DNA from: the human T2T-CHM13v2.0 reference genome, Homo sapiens
NCBI RefSeq assembly: GCF_009914755.1
Contig: NC_060934.1
Strand: one strand, 5' to 3'
Length of the DNA stretch: 64,000 bases
The first letter of the stretch is position 1; the number at the start of each line of letters is the position of its first letter. A program made the position numbers and the translations under genes. The notes below the pieces were generated by a model that was not told the origin of the DNA, did not search any database, and saw nothing but the letters and a program-made list of their open reading frames with translations. Below, in pieces: positions 14,769-33,053 of the stretch.

Positions 14769-14917
14769 GACAGGGTCTTGCTCCGCTTTGTCACTCAGGC
14801 TGAAGTGCAGTGGTGCACTCATAGCTCACTATAACCTTGAACTCCTGGGTTCAAGTGATCCTCCCACCTTCCAAGTAGCTGAGACTACAGGTGCACCCCA
14901 TCATGCCTGGCTAATTT

Positions 14918-14986
<69 letters not shown>

Positions 14987-15075
14987 TTAGAGATGGGGTC
15001 TCACTATGTTGCCCAGGCTGGTCATGGACTTCTGCCCTCAAGTTATCTTCTCACCTCGGTTTCCCAAAGTTCTGA
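14769..15075 (-). mobile_element. AluJ-like, with A14(TA)n microsatellite in the linker (14918-14982)
   Basis: GACAGGGTCTTGCTC, CTCATAGCTCACT, GGGGTCTCACTATGTTGCCCAGGCTGG. Confidence 0.92.
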
Positions 15076-16948
15076 GTGCCTTTATAGATACCTTCCTTTT
15101 GCTTAAGAGGCACCTGACCATTCACCCAGTCAGTATAAGGACAGTATGTAAAACTCATGTGACATTGAAATATGAGACATAGTGACTAGTGACTGACAGG
15201 AAGAGAGCCAGTACCGCTCACATAAACCTTAGTGAAACCGGAGGAGAAACAGCTCATGATGAAATTTACCTGCAGTCTGAGAAATGAAAGAAAGTGCAAG
15301 CAAATAAACTAACTAAGGTTATGCAGTGAGCTAATGTGCAGGCCAAGTTAACCTATCCTCAATTCGTGATTAAAACCACTAACTTCCACCGACTGCACAG
15401 ACGCCTTACATTGAGTTTCTGAAGTAGTCTTCTTTTCCAGATGATGCTTTTCAGAGCTTTATAGTGATTTAAAAATTATGATACAGTATCTTTTATTGGT
15501 TTTATGATATTTTTATAATTTATCAGACTATGTCTGAAAACACTTGGTAGATTTGGATGTCGTTGCTGACAACATTTATATTCTTAATAATAAACACAAT
15601 AATGGACATGTCTTATAGTATTGTTCTTAGGTTTTATTACAACACATGTTGACAAAGGACATAAATGTACCAAAAGGTTTACAAATCCATCACTTTTCTG
15701 TTCAAAGGTGCATGGAGTTACACACAAAATGCAATTCTTAATCAAACATGCTACATTAATCTTTGCAAGAGGCTAAAAGTCCAACTTTTGCTACTCAAGG
15801 CCCATGAAACTGCTAAAAATGACTCAAAATCAGTAAAAGTTGATTTAAAAAAATAAGCTTCTGCTCTGATTCCTAGCAGCCTGTGTTCTTTCTTAAAACC
15901 ATATGCTCCACATGGAAAGCATAAACCCTGCTGTGACATTTCAGCGTTATCTGGTAAAATGGGTTCCATCTGTATGTCACTTCCAGGTTGGAAACAAAAG
16001 ATGAGGTTGGAGGCATTTTTCCTTTTTCCAATCTACTCTCCCATCCTCCCACATTCCCATCCCGATACCCACTCAATTCTGGGGGAAAAAAAAACACCTT
16101 ACAAAGCAAGTGCATATTTCTGGAGGCCACTTAAAATAGCAGCAATTCTGGATTGAAATTTCCCACATATTACCCACTGGGCCCCTCCCTCTCCCCATCA
16201 ATATATGTGCTTCCAAGATGCCTGCTGTGAAATCCTCAGAACCAAGTACTAGAGGTCAATCAGCTTCATTTATAACCCACCAATGAGAAGTAAGTCTCCA
16301 CGTTTCTCCCTGCATTCCTATGATTTCACTAAATAATAGAAAAAGAAACCCCCTGCACAAAAGGATCAAAATGCCTATGGAAGCTCATTGTCAAGTTACT
16401 GTCAGGAGCATTGATGTTGCCTGTTGCTAAGGTCACAGTAGTGACACTAAGACTTGCAGAGAAAGAAATTCTGAAAAGAGGATATAAGGGATATTTTGCT
16501 TAAAATGTGCTGGCCCCACACAGACAGGCTTTCTTTTTTCTCTTTTTACTTTCTTAATTTTTTTTTATAATGCAGCTATATTTGTTGGACACAATCAATT
16601 GCTCTAAAAGCATGTTGAATTAAAGTACAATAATAGAATGCGCCAAATACGTTATCTCTGGCAGTATACTACTGTGGATGCTCAAAGTAACTCAAATTTA
16701 AACAGGAGCAAGGTGGGGCTTAAAGTAAAATTCCTCTAACCAGAAGCTACTAGTTCCTTTAATAGCAATGACTGTTAAGGTATACCTAAATAACTAAGAA
16801 CAAGAAATTTAAAAGACATGGACACTTATCCAAGACTGATATGTTTGTGATCTTGGTTTACAAATCATGGCATCTTTATTTTGTGACTAGTAGCCTTTAA
16901 AACTTCCTGTCTTTTCCCTGGATTGGAAAATAGCTGTTAAGTGATGCC

Positions 16949-17351
16949 AGGAATATGTGTTAAGACATTTACATCTTTATTCAATCACATGTACTTGGGT
17001 GAGATGCAGTGTCATCCCAATGGATATTAAGTATTTATTTGAAGCCAAGAAGGAATTAAACATCTAGGAATTTCAAAACATCATACAGACTAGTAAAGGA
17101 ATGGTCCATAAATTGTGATCAACATCAGGAGACAATTGCTCAGGGCCATCAACTGAACATTAAATATTATTAACTCATAGATTTTGATGACAAGATACTG
17201 TAAAAGATTCATTTCAGTAATTTTTCATAGGACTTTAATTCTTCAAAATAGAAAATTTTTACTAGAGTGATATAAAGATGTGAGATCAAAGGAGAGAAGA
17301 AATAATTTGGAATTTGTAGGAGTCACCACTGCTGTGGAAGCCTGCTAAAAT
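16949..17351 (+). repeat. ~400-bp direct repeat, copy A (copy B at 24384-24789)
   Basis: AGGAATATG.TTAAGAC...GGAGTCACCA.TGCTGTGGAAG..GCTAAAAT collinear in both copies, roughly 85-90% identical by eye. Confidence 0.95.
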
Positions 17352-17991
17352 CTGTGTTATTAATATTCTTCATGTCACCACCAAATGAGAGAAGTACAGA
17401 CATAAAGTGGTAGGTAACATTTTGAAAGACCCCAGATAGAAGTGGGACAACTGGGCCTTGAAATACAGCTGTCAGTATGCTTAGTTACCTTGATGTAGCG
17501 CTACACTACAAGAGATTGTGATATTGAGTACTATTTGACATTTTCATTTAGAAAATCATATAGCTGTGATCCAATGTACCCTGCTTTCTACTTAAATCCA
17601 TATTATAGTGGGCATTTTATCATCTATACCGCAGTAATTATGATCTCAGTGCGTTCATAGCCTCACACTTTTGAAGCCATTAATAATACATCTAGAACTC
17701 AGATCATAACTGTGCAAAAGACAGACCATTCAGATGAATGTATATATTACTGTAACTTTATTTATTATTTTCTTAATTTTATTATTATTATACTTTAAGT
17801 TTTAGGGTACATGTGCACAACTTGCAGGTTTGTTACATATGTATACATGTGCCATGCTGGTGTGCTGCACCCATTAATTCGTCATTTAGCATTAGGTATA
17901 TCTCCAAATGCTATCCCTCCCCCATCCCCCCACACCACAACAGTCCCCGGTGTGTAATGTTCCCCTTCCTGTGTCCATGCATTCTCATTGT

Positions 17992-21828
<3,837 letters not shown>

Positions 21829-21876
21829 TTATTTTGCTCATTTGTTGATGCAGTTTCTTCCTAGCCTCTATGGTCT

Positions 21877-22888
21877 TTACAATTTGGCATGTTGTTGCAG
21901 TGGCTGGTACCGGTTGTTCCTTTCCATGTTTAGTGCTTCTTTCAGGAGTTCTTTTAGGGCAGGCCTGGTGGTGACAAAATCTCTCAGCATTTGCTTGTCT
22001 GTAAAATATTTTATTTCTCCTTCACTTATGAAGCTTAGTTTGGCTGGATATGAGATTCTGGGTTGAAATTTCGTTTCTTTAAGAATGTTGAATATTGGTC
22101 CCCACTGTCTTCTGGCTTGTAGAGTTTCTGCTGAGAGATCCGCTGTTAGGCTGATGGGCTTCCCTTTGTGGGTAACCCGACCTTTCTCTCTGGCTGCCCT
22201 TAACATTTTTTCCTTCATTTTGACTTTGGTGAATCTGACAATTATGTGTCTTGGAGTTACTCTTCTAGAGTAGTATATTTGTGGCAATCTCTGTATTTCC
22301 TGAATTTGAATGTTGGCCTGCCTTGCTAGGTTGGGGAAGTTCTCCTGGATAATATCCTGCAGAGTGTTTTCCAACTTGGTTCCATTCTCCCTGCCACTTT
22401 CAGGTACACCAGTCAGACGTAGATTTGGTGTTTTCACATAGTCCCATATTTCTTGGAGGCTTTTTTCGTTTATGTTTATTCTTTTTTCTCTGAACTTCTC
22501 GCTTCATTTCATTCATTTTGTCTTCCATCACTGATACCCTTTCTTCCAGTTGATCGCGTCGGGTACTGAGGCTTCTGCATTCATCATGTAGCTCTTGTGC
22601 CTTGGTTTTCAGCTCCATCAGGTCCTTTAAGGAGTTCTCTGCATTGATTATTCTAGGTATCCATTCGTCTCATTTTGTTTCAAAGTTTTTAACTTCTTTG
22701 CCATCGGTTTGAATTTCCTCCTGTAGCTCAGAGTAGTTTGATCATCTGAAGCCTTCTTCTCTCAACTTGTCAAAGTCATTCTCCATCCAGCTTTGTTCCA
22801 TTGCTGGTGAGGAACTGCATTCCTTTGGAGAAAGAGAGGCACTCTGATTTTTAGAATTTCCAGTTTTTCTGCTCTGTTTTTTTCCCAT
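21877..22888 (-). pseudogene. L1 ORF1p, disrupted
   Basis: ATG at 22888; C-terminal part ...NLRLTGVPES...RPALKELLKEALNMERNNRYQPLQQHAKL; frameshifted coiled coil. Confidence 0.95.
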
Positions 22889-24066
22889 CTTTGTGGTTTT
22901 ATCTACCTTTGGTCTTTGATGATGGTGACGTACAGATGGGTTTTTGGTGTGGATGTCCTTTCTGTTTGTTAGTTTTCCTTCTAACAGTCAGGACCCTCAG
23001 CTGCAGGTCTGTTGGAATTTGCTAGAGGTCCACTGCAGACCCTGTTTGCCTGGGTATCAGCAGCGGTGGCTGCAGAACAGCGAATATTGGTGAACTGCAG
23101 ATGCTGCTGCCTGATCGTTCCTCTAGAAGTTTTGTCTCAGAGGAGTACCCGGCTGTGTGAGGTGTCAGTCCGCCCCTACTAGGGGGTGCCTCCCAGTTAG
23201 TCTACTCGGGGGTCAGGGATCCACTTGAGGAGGCAGTCTGCCCGTTCTCAGATCTCAAGCTGTGTGCTGGGAGAACCACTACTCTCTTCAAAGCTGTCAG
23301 ACAGGGATATTTTAGTCTGCAGAAGTTACTGCTGTCTTTTTGTTTCTCTGTGCCCTGCCCCCAGAGGTGGAGCCTACAGAGGCCGGCAGGCCTCCTTCAG
23401 CTGTGGTGGGCTCCACCCTGTTTGAGCTTCCCCATGGCTTTGTTTACCTAATCGAACAACTAACTCATCAATGGCGGGCGCCTCTCCCCCAGCCTTGCTG
23501 CCGCCTTGCAGTTTGATCTTGGATTGCTATGCTAGCAAAGAGTGAGGCTCCATGGGCGTAGGACCCTCCAAGCCAGGTGCAGGATATAATCTCCTGGTGT
23601 GCTGTTTTTTTAAGCCCATTGGAAAAGCGCAGTATTAGGGTGGGAGTGACCTGATTTTCCAGGTGCCATCTGTGACCGCTTTCTTTGACTAAGAAAGGGA
23701 ATTCCCTGACCCCTTGCACTTCCCAGGTGAGGTGATGCTTAGCCCTGCTTTGGGTCGCACACGGTGCACTGCACCCACTGTCCTGCATCTACTCTCTGGC
23801 ACTCCCCAGTGAGATGAACCCGGTACCTCAGTTGGAAATGCAGAAATCACCCATCTTCTGCATCACTCATGCTGGGAGCGGTAGACCAGAGCTGTTCCTA
23901 TTTGGCCATCTTGGCTTCTCCACCATAACTTTAAAAGTACTGATTAGGAAGCCCACAGAAAAGGGACAGAAAAATAACTGATGTTTTATCAAAATGGCTT
24001 ATTCTTGTCAATTTGCTTCCTCTTATCCTAAAAAAAGAATAGTCGTATAGTTCATAGAAAATCTGA

Positions 24067-24383
<317 letters not shown>

Positions 24384-24789
24384 AGGAATATGTTTTAAGA
24401 CGTTTACATCGTTATTCAGTCACAGGTACTTGGGTGAGATGCAGTGTCATCCCAATGGATATTAAGTCTTTATGTAAACCCGAGAAGAATTAAACACCTA
24501 GGAATTTCAAAACATCATACAGACCGGTAAAAGAATGGTCCATAAATTGTGATAAATGTCAGGACACAATTGCTCAGGCCATTGACTGAACATTAAATAT
24601 GATTAACTCATAGGTTTTGATGACAGGATCCTGTAAAGGATTCATTTCACTAATTTTCCATGTCAGTATACTTTAATTCTTTGAAATAGGAAATTATTAC
24701 TAGAGTGATACAAAGATGTGAGATCAGAGGGGAGAGGAAATAATTTGGAATTTGTAGGAGTCACCATTGCTGTGGAAGTCCGCTAAAAT
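24384..24789 (+). repeat. ~400-bp direct repeat, copy B
   Basis: Collinear with 16949-17351. Confidence 0.95.
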
Positions 24790-25447
24790 AGACTAAAATA
24801 AATCATACCAAAATGTAACAGTTCTCCCAGGACTAGTCTTCTAAAGTTTCATGATGATATTTACTATCATCTTTTCTCAGGTAGACAAATACAGTTTTTT
24901 CAGACTTGGAATGCCCTCTAGATCCTGAATCTCTAAGGTAGGTTGGTTGTTTTTTCATTCTAGGGCAATGGATTCTTTTTACTCATGACTCACTGTGATT
25001 CAGTGACTTGGAATTCTTTCTCCTGCCATGTTGTGTAGTGCAGCATCTAGTGTAAAGCCTTGGCACTGAGATCCCCCATGAGGGCCAGCAGGAAAAGTCT
25101 AAAACAAGGACCAAAGGGATTGCAGTTAGAAATGTCTCATTTGAATGCAGTGTCCCAAATGACATTGCACCAGAATGCCACTGGACTGCCTGCAATAGAA
25201 AATGTGTTCTGTGGAATATAACTCTCAGAGTATAAACAAGATGTCTCAAGAAAATACCTTTATTCATGTTGTGAGAAAAATAATCCTCTTTGTTTGACTA
25301 CCTATCTATTTCTCAGTGAATGGTAAAATTTTAGTAGTGATACTTGTAAATGCAAAAACCACCCCCGCTGTGTAGAATTTCATTGATTTAAGTAAAAGAG
25401 AAAGACTTTAAAAAATACCTATGACTTCCTATCTGTTTTTTCTTTAA

Positions 25448-25790
<343 letters not shown>

Positions 25791-26091
25791 TTGATGCTGG
25801 CTTTTTTTGTTTTGTTTTGTTTTGTTTTTTTAATTAATTAATTAATTTATTTTAGCATCATTCATTTGAAAACTTTTTCATAGGCTTTACTATGGTTACA
25901 GCATCACTGGATGTAAACATATTTGCAGAGCTCCGTGAAAGGGCAATTAGCTGCCCTATCAGTCTAGAAATCTAACATCCCAGAAGACAGGAATTTGAAA
26001 GCACTAATGGACTACAAAGAGCTAATTATTTTCGGAAATACAGAAAGTATACCTCCAACAGTCTTCTTGAAGTTAGGTAACAATTAATTAG

Positions 26092-26443
<352 letters not shown>

Positions 26444-27301
26444 TGGGACTGAGGTGTTTTTCTAAAGTTATAGCCCGTACAGGCTCTTTTTTTTAATGAC
26501 TATATCGCATGCCTTTTTGTATATTTCAACATGCTAACATGAAATAGACTCCCAGACATGTATTAAATATTGTTAATTTGTTGTTAAACATGTAAACCCT
26601 GAAAGTTCTTAAAAGGGGAAAAATCTATTTTTTTTAAAGATAACAGTTCTCAAAGCACATTAATTTTTCTAAAAACATTTTCTGAAATTTATATAGCAGT
26701 CATCAAGCTAAATATTTCACTTAATTTTCATGGAATTGCTTTTGAAAACAGTACCACAATAATACTGAAAAAAGATATTGAAGTTGAAAAATGTAAAGGT
26801 CTTGCCCTAGAACAAATAGCTAAAAAATAATGAAGCTGGGATTTTAAACTACATCAATTAAACTTCATAGCTATTATAAAACCTGCACCCATAAGGAGTG
26901 CTCGGCAAGAACATACATGACAGGAAACTACTCGCCTCTAGAGAAAAAAAAAAAAATCACTGAAAAAGACCACAGGCAAGAATTCAAGGACTTACACAGG
27001 GCTGGAAATACTATTCATAATTCATACGACATAAGGAGAATACTCAGAAGGCTTTTGCTTAGTAGAGGGCCTGAGTTAGCTCCACACTAAATGTTGCTGT
27101 GGTCCCACCTAACAATGCTTAAAAGTAAAACTCAAAAAGATCAGACTGCTTCCAATGAACTGACCTGTATTCCACAACAAAGCTTCTATGAAGACAAAAA
27201 TATCTAGCACCCATCAAGTTAATAATGGCAATGAATGGCATTCAATAAAAAATTACCAGGATGTCAAAGAATCAGGAAAATATGACTCACAAAGGAGTTA
27301 T

Positions 27302-27334
<33 letters not shown>

Positions 27335-28543
27335 AATTTTTTCAACGTATGGAATTTTTTTTGGTTCTAGCCCTAGAACCAAAACAAATGATAGCATTAG
27401 TAACATTTGACATTAAAACTTAAAATATTCCATACATCGAAAAAATAAGAGGAACTATTAAACATGTCAATTAGAGATACTGAAAATACAAAAAATGCAA
27501 ATAAAAAAATTTAAAAATAAAAACACAATTTCTGAAGTAAAAAATACACGGATAGGATTAACAGCAGATTTGACACTACAAAAGAAGTAGTGAACTAAAC
27601 ACAAAAAGAAAAAATAATTGGGGAAAAATATGAACAGAGCACCAGTAACTTTTGTGACAATTTAAAGCACCCTAAAATACTTGTAATCCTCAAAAAAGTG
27701 GATGTACGTGAAAAGCATTTAAATAAACAATGGGTGAATATTACAAGTTTTATAACAACTATAAACTCACAGATCCAAGAACTCAATGAATCCTAAGGAG
27801 GAAAAATATGAAGTAAACAATTTTAAGATATAGCATAATCAAATTGCTCAAAACTAGTGATGAAGAAAAAAAATCTTAAAAGTGGCCAGAAGAAAAAAGA
27901 AAACAGATTACATACAGAAGAACCAAAAAAATGATGACAACAGATTTCTCCCTGGAAGCAAAGCAAGTACAAAGGGACTGAAGCAGCATTTTAAACAAAT
28001 GAAATGTAAAAAACTGCCATCCTAGAATTCTATACCAAGTAAAATGTCTTTCATAAACAAAGGTGAAATTACAACTTTATCAGACACATAAAATCTAAAA
28101 TAATGTATTACTAGAAGACTTGTACTATAAGACAAGTTAAGGGAAGTTCAGAATAGAAGAAAATAATGCCATGGAAATATAGGTCTACGTATTTAAATAA
28201 AGAGGACAAGAAACAGTAATGATGTGGGTGAATATAGGATGTTTCTTTCTTAATGTTGAAGTCATGCTGTTTAAATAGTCTGATCAGAGCAAAACTTAAA
28301 AGAAAGTATTTATTAAGTGTGGATTTTAAGATAGGTAGAAGTTAAAAAATATGATAATAGCACTAACACTGAAAAGTGTGAAATGGAAATATAGTCTTGT
28401 AAAAATACACGTAAGCCACCTGAAGGTAGAACTATGATAAGTTAAAAATATGTACTTTAATCCTAAGGCAAGAACTAACAAAACAAAAAAAATTTAGCTG
28501 CTAAGTCAAAAAGTAGAATGAAATCATAAAAAATACTCAACTG

Positions 28544-28927
<384 letters not shown>

Positions 28928-29684
28928 TTATGTTAATAACCCTTTAAGATTAAAATCCTGTAAATATCCCCGTTAAAATGCAAATATTAGATTAAAAAAT
29001 AAGATCCAACGATACGCTGCCTTCAAGAAATGGACTTTAAATATAAAGAAATAATAGGTTAAAAGTGAAAGGATGGAAAAAGATAAACCATGCATGCTAA
29101 CACTGTTCTAAAAGAGTTGGAATACTATTTTTGTATGTTTCAACATGCTAACATGAAATAGACTCCCAGACATGTGTTAAATGTTGTTAATTTGTTGTTA
29201 AACATGTAAACCCTGAAAGTTCTTAAAAGGGGAAAAATCTATTTTGGTATTAGACAAAGTGGAATTAGAGCAAACAATACTACCAGATCTTTAAAAAGTC
29301 AGATTTGCAGTGATAAATTCACAAATGATAATTATAGTCAGAGATTTCAATATAATTTTCTCAATAACTAGTAGAACAAACAGGCAGAAAAGATTTTTTT
29401 TTAATTTCCACAAAGAATTATCCAGAATCGGATGGCTTCACTAATGAATTCTACCACATATTTAAGAAATAAATGTTATTGATTCTATATAAACTTTTCT
29501 AGAAAATTGAAGAAGAGAAAATAACTTTCAATTTATTCTATGAGGCCAGTATTACCCTGATACCCAAATCAGATAAAGACTCAGAAAAAGAGAAAAAACA
29601 CAGACTAATACTTTCTTTGAACATTGATTTAAAAATTCTTAACATTTTAGCAAATTAAATTTAATATATTAAAAGGTAATATCT

Positions 29685-29975
29685 GATCCGGGTGTAGTGG
29701 CTCATACCAGTAATTGCAGCACTTTGGGAGGCTGAGTTGGGCAGACTGCTTTAGCTCAGGAGTTCAAGACCAGCCTGGGCAACACAGTGAGACTCTGCCT
29801 CTACAAAAAAGATAAAATCAGCTGAGTGTGATGGTGCATACCTGTAGTCCCAATTACTCAGTGGCTGAGGTGGGAGGAGCCCCTGAGCCCAGAAATTTTA
29901 AGCTATAGTGAGCCCTTATGGTGACAGTGCAGTCCAGCCTGGATGAAAGAGTAAGACTCTGTCTGAAAAAAAAAA
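29685..29975 (+). mobile_element. AluJ-like
   Basis: GCTCAGGAGTTCAAGACCAGCCTGGGCAACA, GAGGTGGGAGG..TGAGCCCAG, A tail followed by a G-rich tract. Confidence 0.92.
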
Positions 29976-31733
29976 GGGGGGGGGTGGGAGTGGTGGGGTG
30001 GGGGGTGATATTATCTTAGAACCAAATGGTGTTTAAATATTTAATATTTAAGTAATTTAAATGAGAATAAGAAGAAAGTTGAATACTAGCTCTACACAGG
30101 AAACACTCACTGTATATAATCTGCTGGTCACACATCCTACGCAGGCTCAAGGAATGCAAGGCTGATTAAACATTTGAAAACCAATCAATGTAACTCACCA
30201 TAATAATAAACTTTAAAGGAAAAATTACCAGGTCATCTCAGTAGACGTAGAAATAACATTTGACACAATCCAGTATGCATGCCTGATAAGAACTCTCGGC
30301 TGACTAGGAACAGAGGGAAACTTCCTCATCCTGATGAATGGCGGTATGAAACTACAGCAAACTTTATATTTAATGGTGAAATATGAAATGCTTTCTTCGT
30401 AAGATCAGGAAGAAGACAAGAGTCTCTCTCTGCTCTTACCACTTCCATTCAAGATTTTCCTGGCAGTTCTAGCCACTTCAGTAAGGCAAGAATAAGAAAT
30501 CAAATGCACTCAGATTAGAAAGGAAGAAGCACCTCTCAGTTGTATGAACATTGTTGGACATATTAACTTCACAGTGACTTTTGGGCTGTCTTATCAAATT
30601 TGGGACTATTTAGAAAATGCTATCATGACACCCAGGAACTGAGAGTTCATGATATATGTGGAGAACGCTGTGTAATTTTCAGAAAAACTACTAGAACTAA
30701 TAAACGAATTTAGGAAGCTTCAGAATATAATCTGTATAAAATATCACTTTATTTTTATATACTACAATGAACAATCAGAAATTTTAAAATAACATAAAGA
30801 ATATTAAATATTGAGTGATAAATCTCACAAAGGTGTGCAAAACTTGCACACTTAAAATTACAAAAATTTTCAAGAAAACATTTTAAATGTCTAAAAGAAT
30901 AGCAATATAGTGTGTTTATTGATTAGGAAACTCTATATTGTTAAGACATTTTCCTCTCTGAACTGATCTCTAGATTCAATCCAAATTCCAGCCATGATTT
31001 TGTAGAAATATTTAAAATAGTTCTAAAACTCAGGTGGAATTCAAAGAACCTAAAATACTACGAAAAAAAAAAAAAAACTTTGAAAAAGAACAAAATTTGA
31101 GGATGAGACTATTTGACTTCAAGACTGATTATATAATAACAATAATCAAAACAGTGTGGTGTTGATGTCAGGATAAACAAATCAATGGAACAGAATAGAG
31201 AATCCAGAAATAGGCCCAAATGTGCATGGTCAGCTGTCTTTTTTTTTTTTTTAAACAAAACATTCTTTCTGTCGTAAGGCAGAGCATAACTAAGTGGTAA
31301 AGCTATCCTCTGCTGTGTGTCCAAAGTACTGTGAGGGTAGAGTCCTCATTTTCTCACTGTGCTTATTTTTTTCTTTTGACTTTCCTCTTAGATTTTTAAA
31401 TTTGCTTCCTGGAAAGAGTGATGTGTGACAGTTCTCAGATGAAATGAAGTTCTGGTTTGGAAGCTGCTTAGCCCTAATATTTACTGTTCTCCCAAACATG
31501 CATAGCATCTTCGGTGAGGGAATCTGCTGAGAATAAAAAGAAAGTTCAATAATAGCTTATCACAGGAAACACTCACTGTACATATTCTGCTTGTTACATA
31601 TCCAGTGCAAGCTCAAATTACGGACAGCTGCTTGGTCATCCTGTGTAGATCAATTCATGCCAAATTTCATAAGACAGCCCAGAAGTCACTTCACAGAAAC
31701 AAAGCACTTGAAAACAAACCCTGGATTGTAATC

Positions 31734-32368
31734 GTTGGTGATGATGTAAATCAGCCACTGTGGAAGACAGTGTGACGATTCCTCAAAGACCTAAAGACAG
31801 AAGTATCATTCAACCTACCAATCCTATTACTGGGTATATACCCAAAGGAATATAAATTGTTCCGTTATAAAGACACATGCATGTGTATGCTCATTACAGC
31901 ACTATTCACAGTAGCAAAGACATGGAATCAACCTAAATGCCAATGAGTGATAGATTCGATAAAGAAAATGTGGTACATATACAACATGGAATACTATGCA
32001 ATCACAAAAAAGAATGAGATCATGTCCTTTGTATGGACATGAATGGAGCTGGAGGCCAATATCCTTAGCAAACTAACACAGAAAATAGAAAATCAAGTAC
32101 AGGATGTTCTCACTTATAAATGAGAGCTAAAGGATGAGAACACATGGACACGTAGAAGGGGACAACACACACACCAGGACATTTCAGAGAGGGAAGGGTG
32201 GGAGGAGGGAGAGGATCAGGAAAAATAATTGGTACTAGGCTTAATACCTGGGTGATGGAATAATCTGTACAACAAACCACCATGACACAGGTTAGCCTAT
32301 GTAACAAACCTGCACTTGTACCCCTAAACTGAAAATGAATGTGAAAATAAAACTTAAAAAAAAAAAAG
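31734..32368 (+). mobile_element. 5'-truncated L1PA/L1PB 3' end
   Basis: CAGCCACTGTGGAAGACAGTGTG, TACTGGGTATATACCCAAAGG, GTAACAAACCTGCAC, poly(A). Confidence 0.92.
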
Positions 32369-32847
32369 AAACCACAGATGTGCAAAGGAGAAGAGCAAAA
32401 CTGTCCTAGTCTGAGGCTCCAGAACTGCTGAAGGAGGGTTCCTGTCTTAATCCCGAGATTAAGACAACCTGACGGCTCCATAGCCTTGGTCAATGAAAGT
32501 ATTACTTGAAATAGTTTTTGAGGAAGTATTTTTTTTCAAAGAAACTATATTCCCTTAAAGGAAGGAAGCCTATTATATACTGCAAGGTCCCTCAGCCTTT
32601 GGCTTTACTTTATGCCTTTAAAATGCCCAAACTGGTTGGCATGTAAATAAGGAGTAATGAGTTATGTAAGGTGCCAAGCCTGATGAAGCTGTGTTACAAA
32701 TGCATAACTTGTAGCTGCTTGCTAACATTGCAAACACTTCTAGTTCAGCACAGCATTCCAGAATTATTGTCATGAGCAGTGTTAAAGCCAATGTAGTGCC
32801 TCATTAATAATAATAATTATGCAAAGGTGACTCTACTCTTTAGTCAT

Positions 32848-33053
32848 TGTGATGGTTTAGTCATTGTGATTGGGACTCAGACTGGCTCTCTTTGCTCCTC
32901 AGCTTGCAGAGAGCCTATTGTGGGACCTTGTAATCATGCACGCTAATATTTAATAAGCTCCTATAAATATATATACATTCCCATATATATATCATATATA
33001 TAGGATATATATCCTATTAGTTCTGTCACTCTAAGAGAACCCTGACTAATGCA
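32848..33053 (+). mobile_element. MLT2A-like (ERVL) solo LTR, internally deleted
   Basis: TGTGATGGTT start, TCCTATTAGTTCTGTC..GAGAACCCTGACTAATGCA end, 5-bp TSD GTCAT at 32843-32847 and 33054-33058. Confidence 0.88.

Noticed and set aside
15225-15300. Minus-strand pyrimidine tract with CAG|GTAAAT (recursive splice site or micro-exon-like)
   Set aside because: Single motif expected by chance in AT-rich DNA; no supporting evidence
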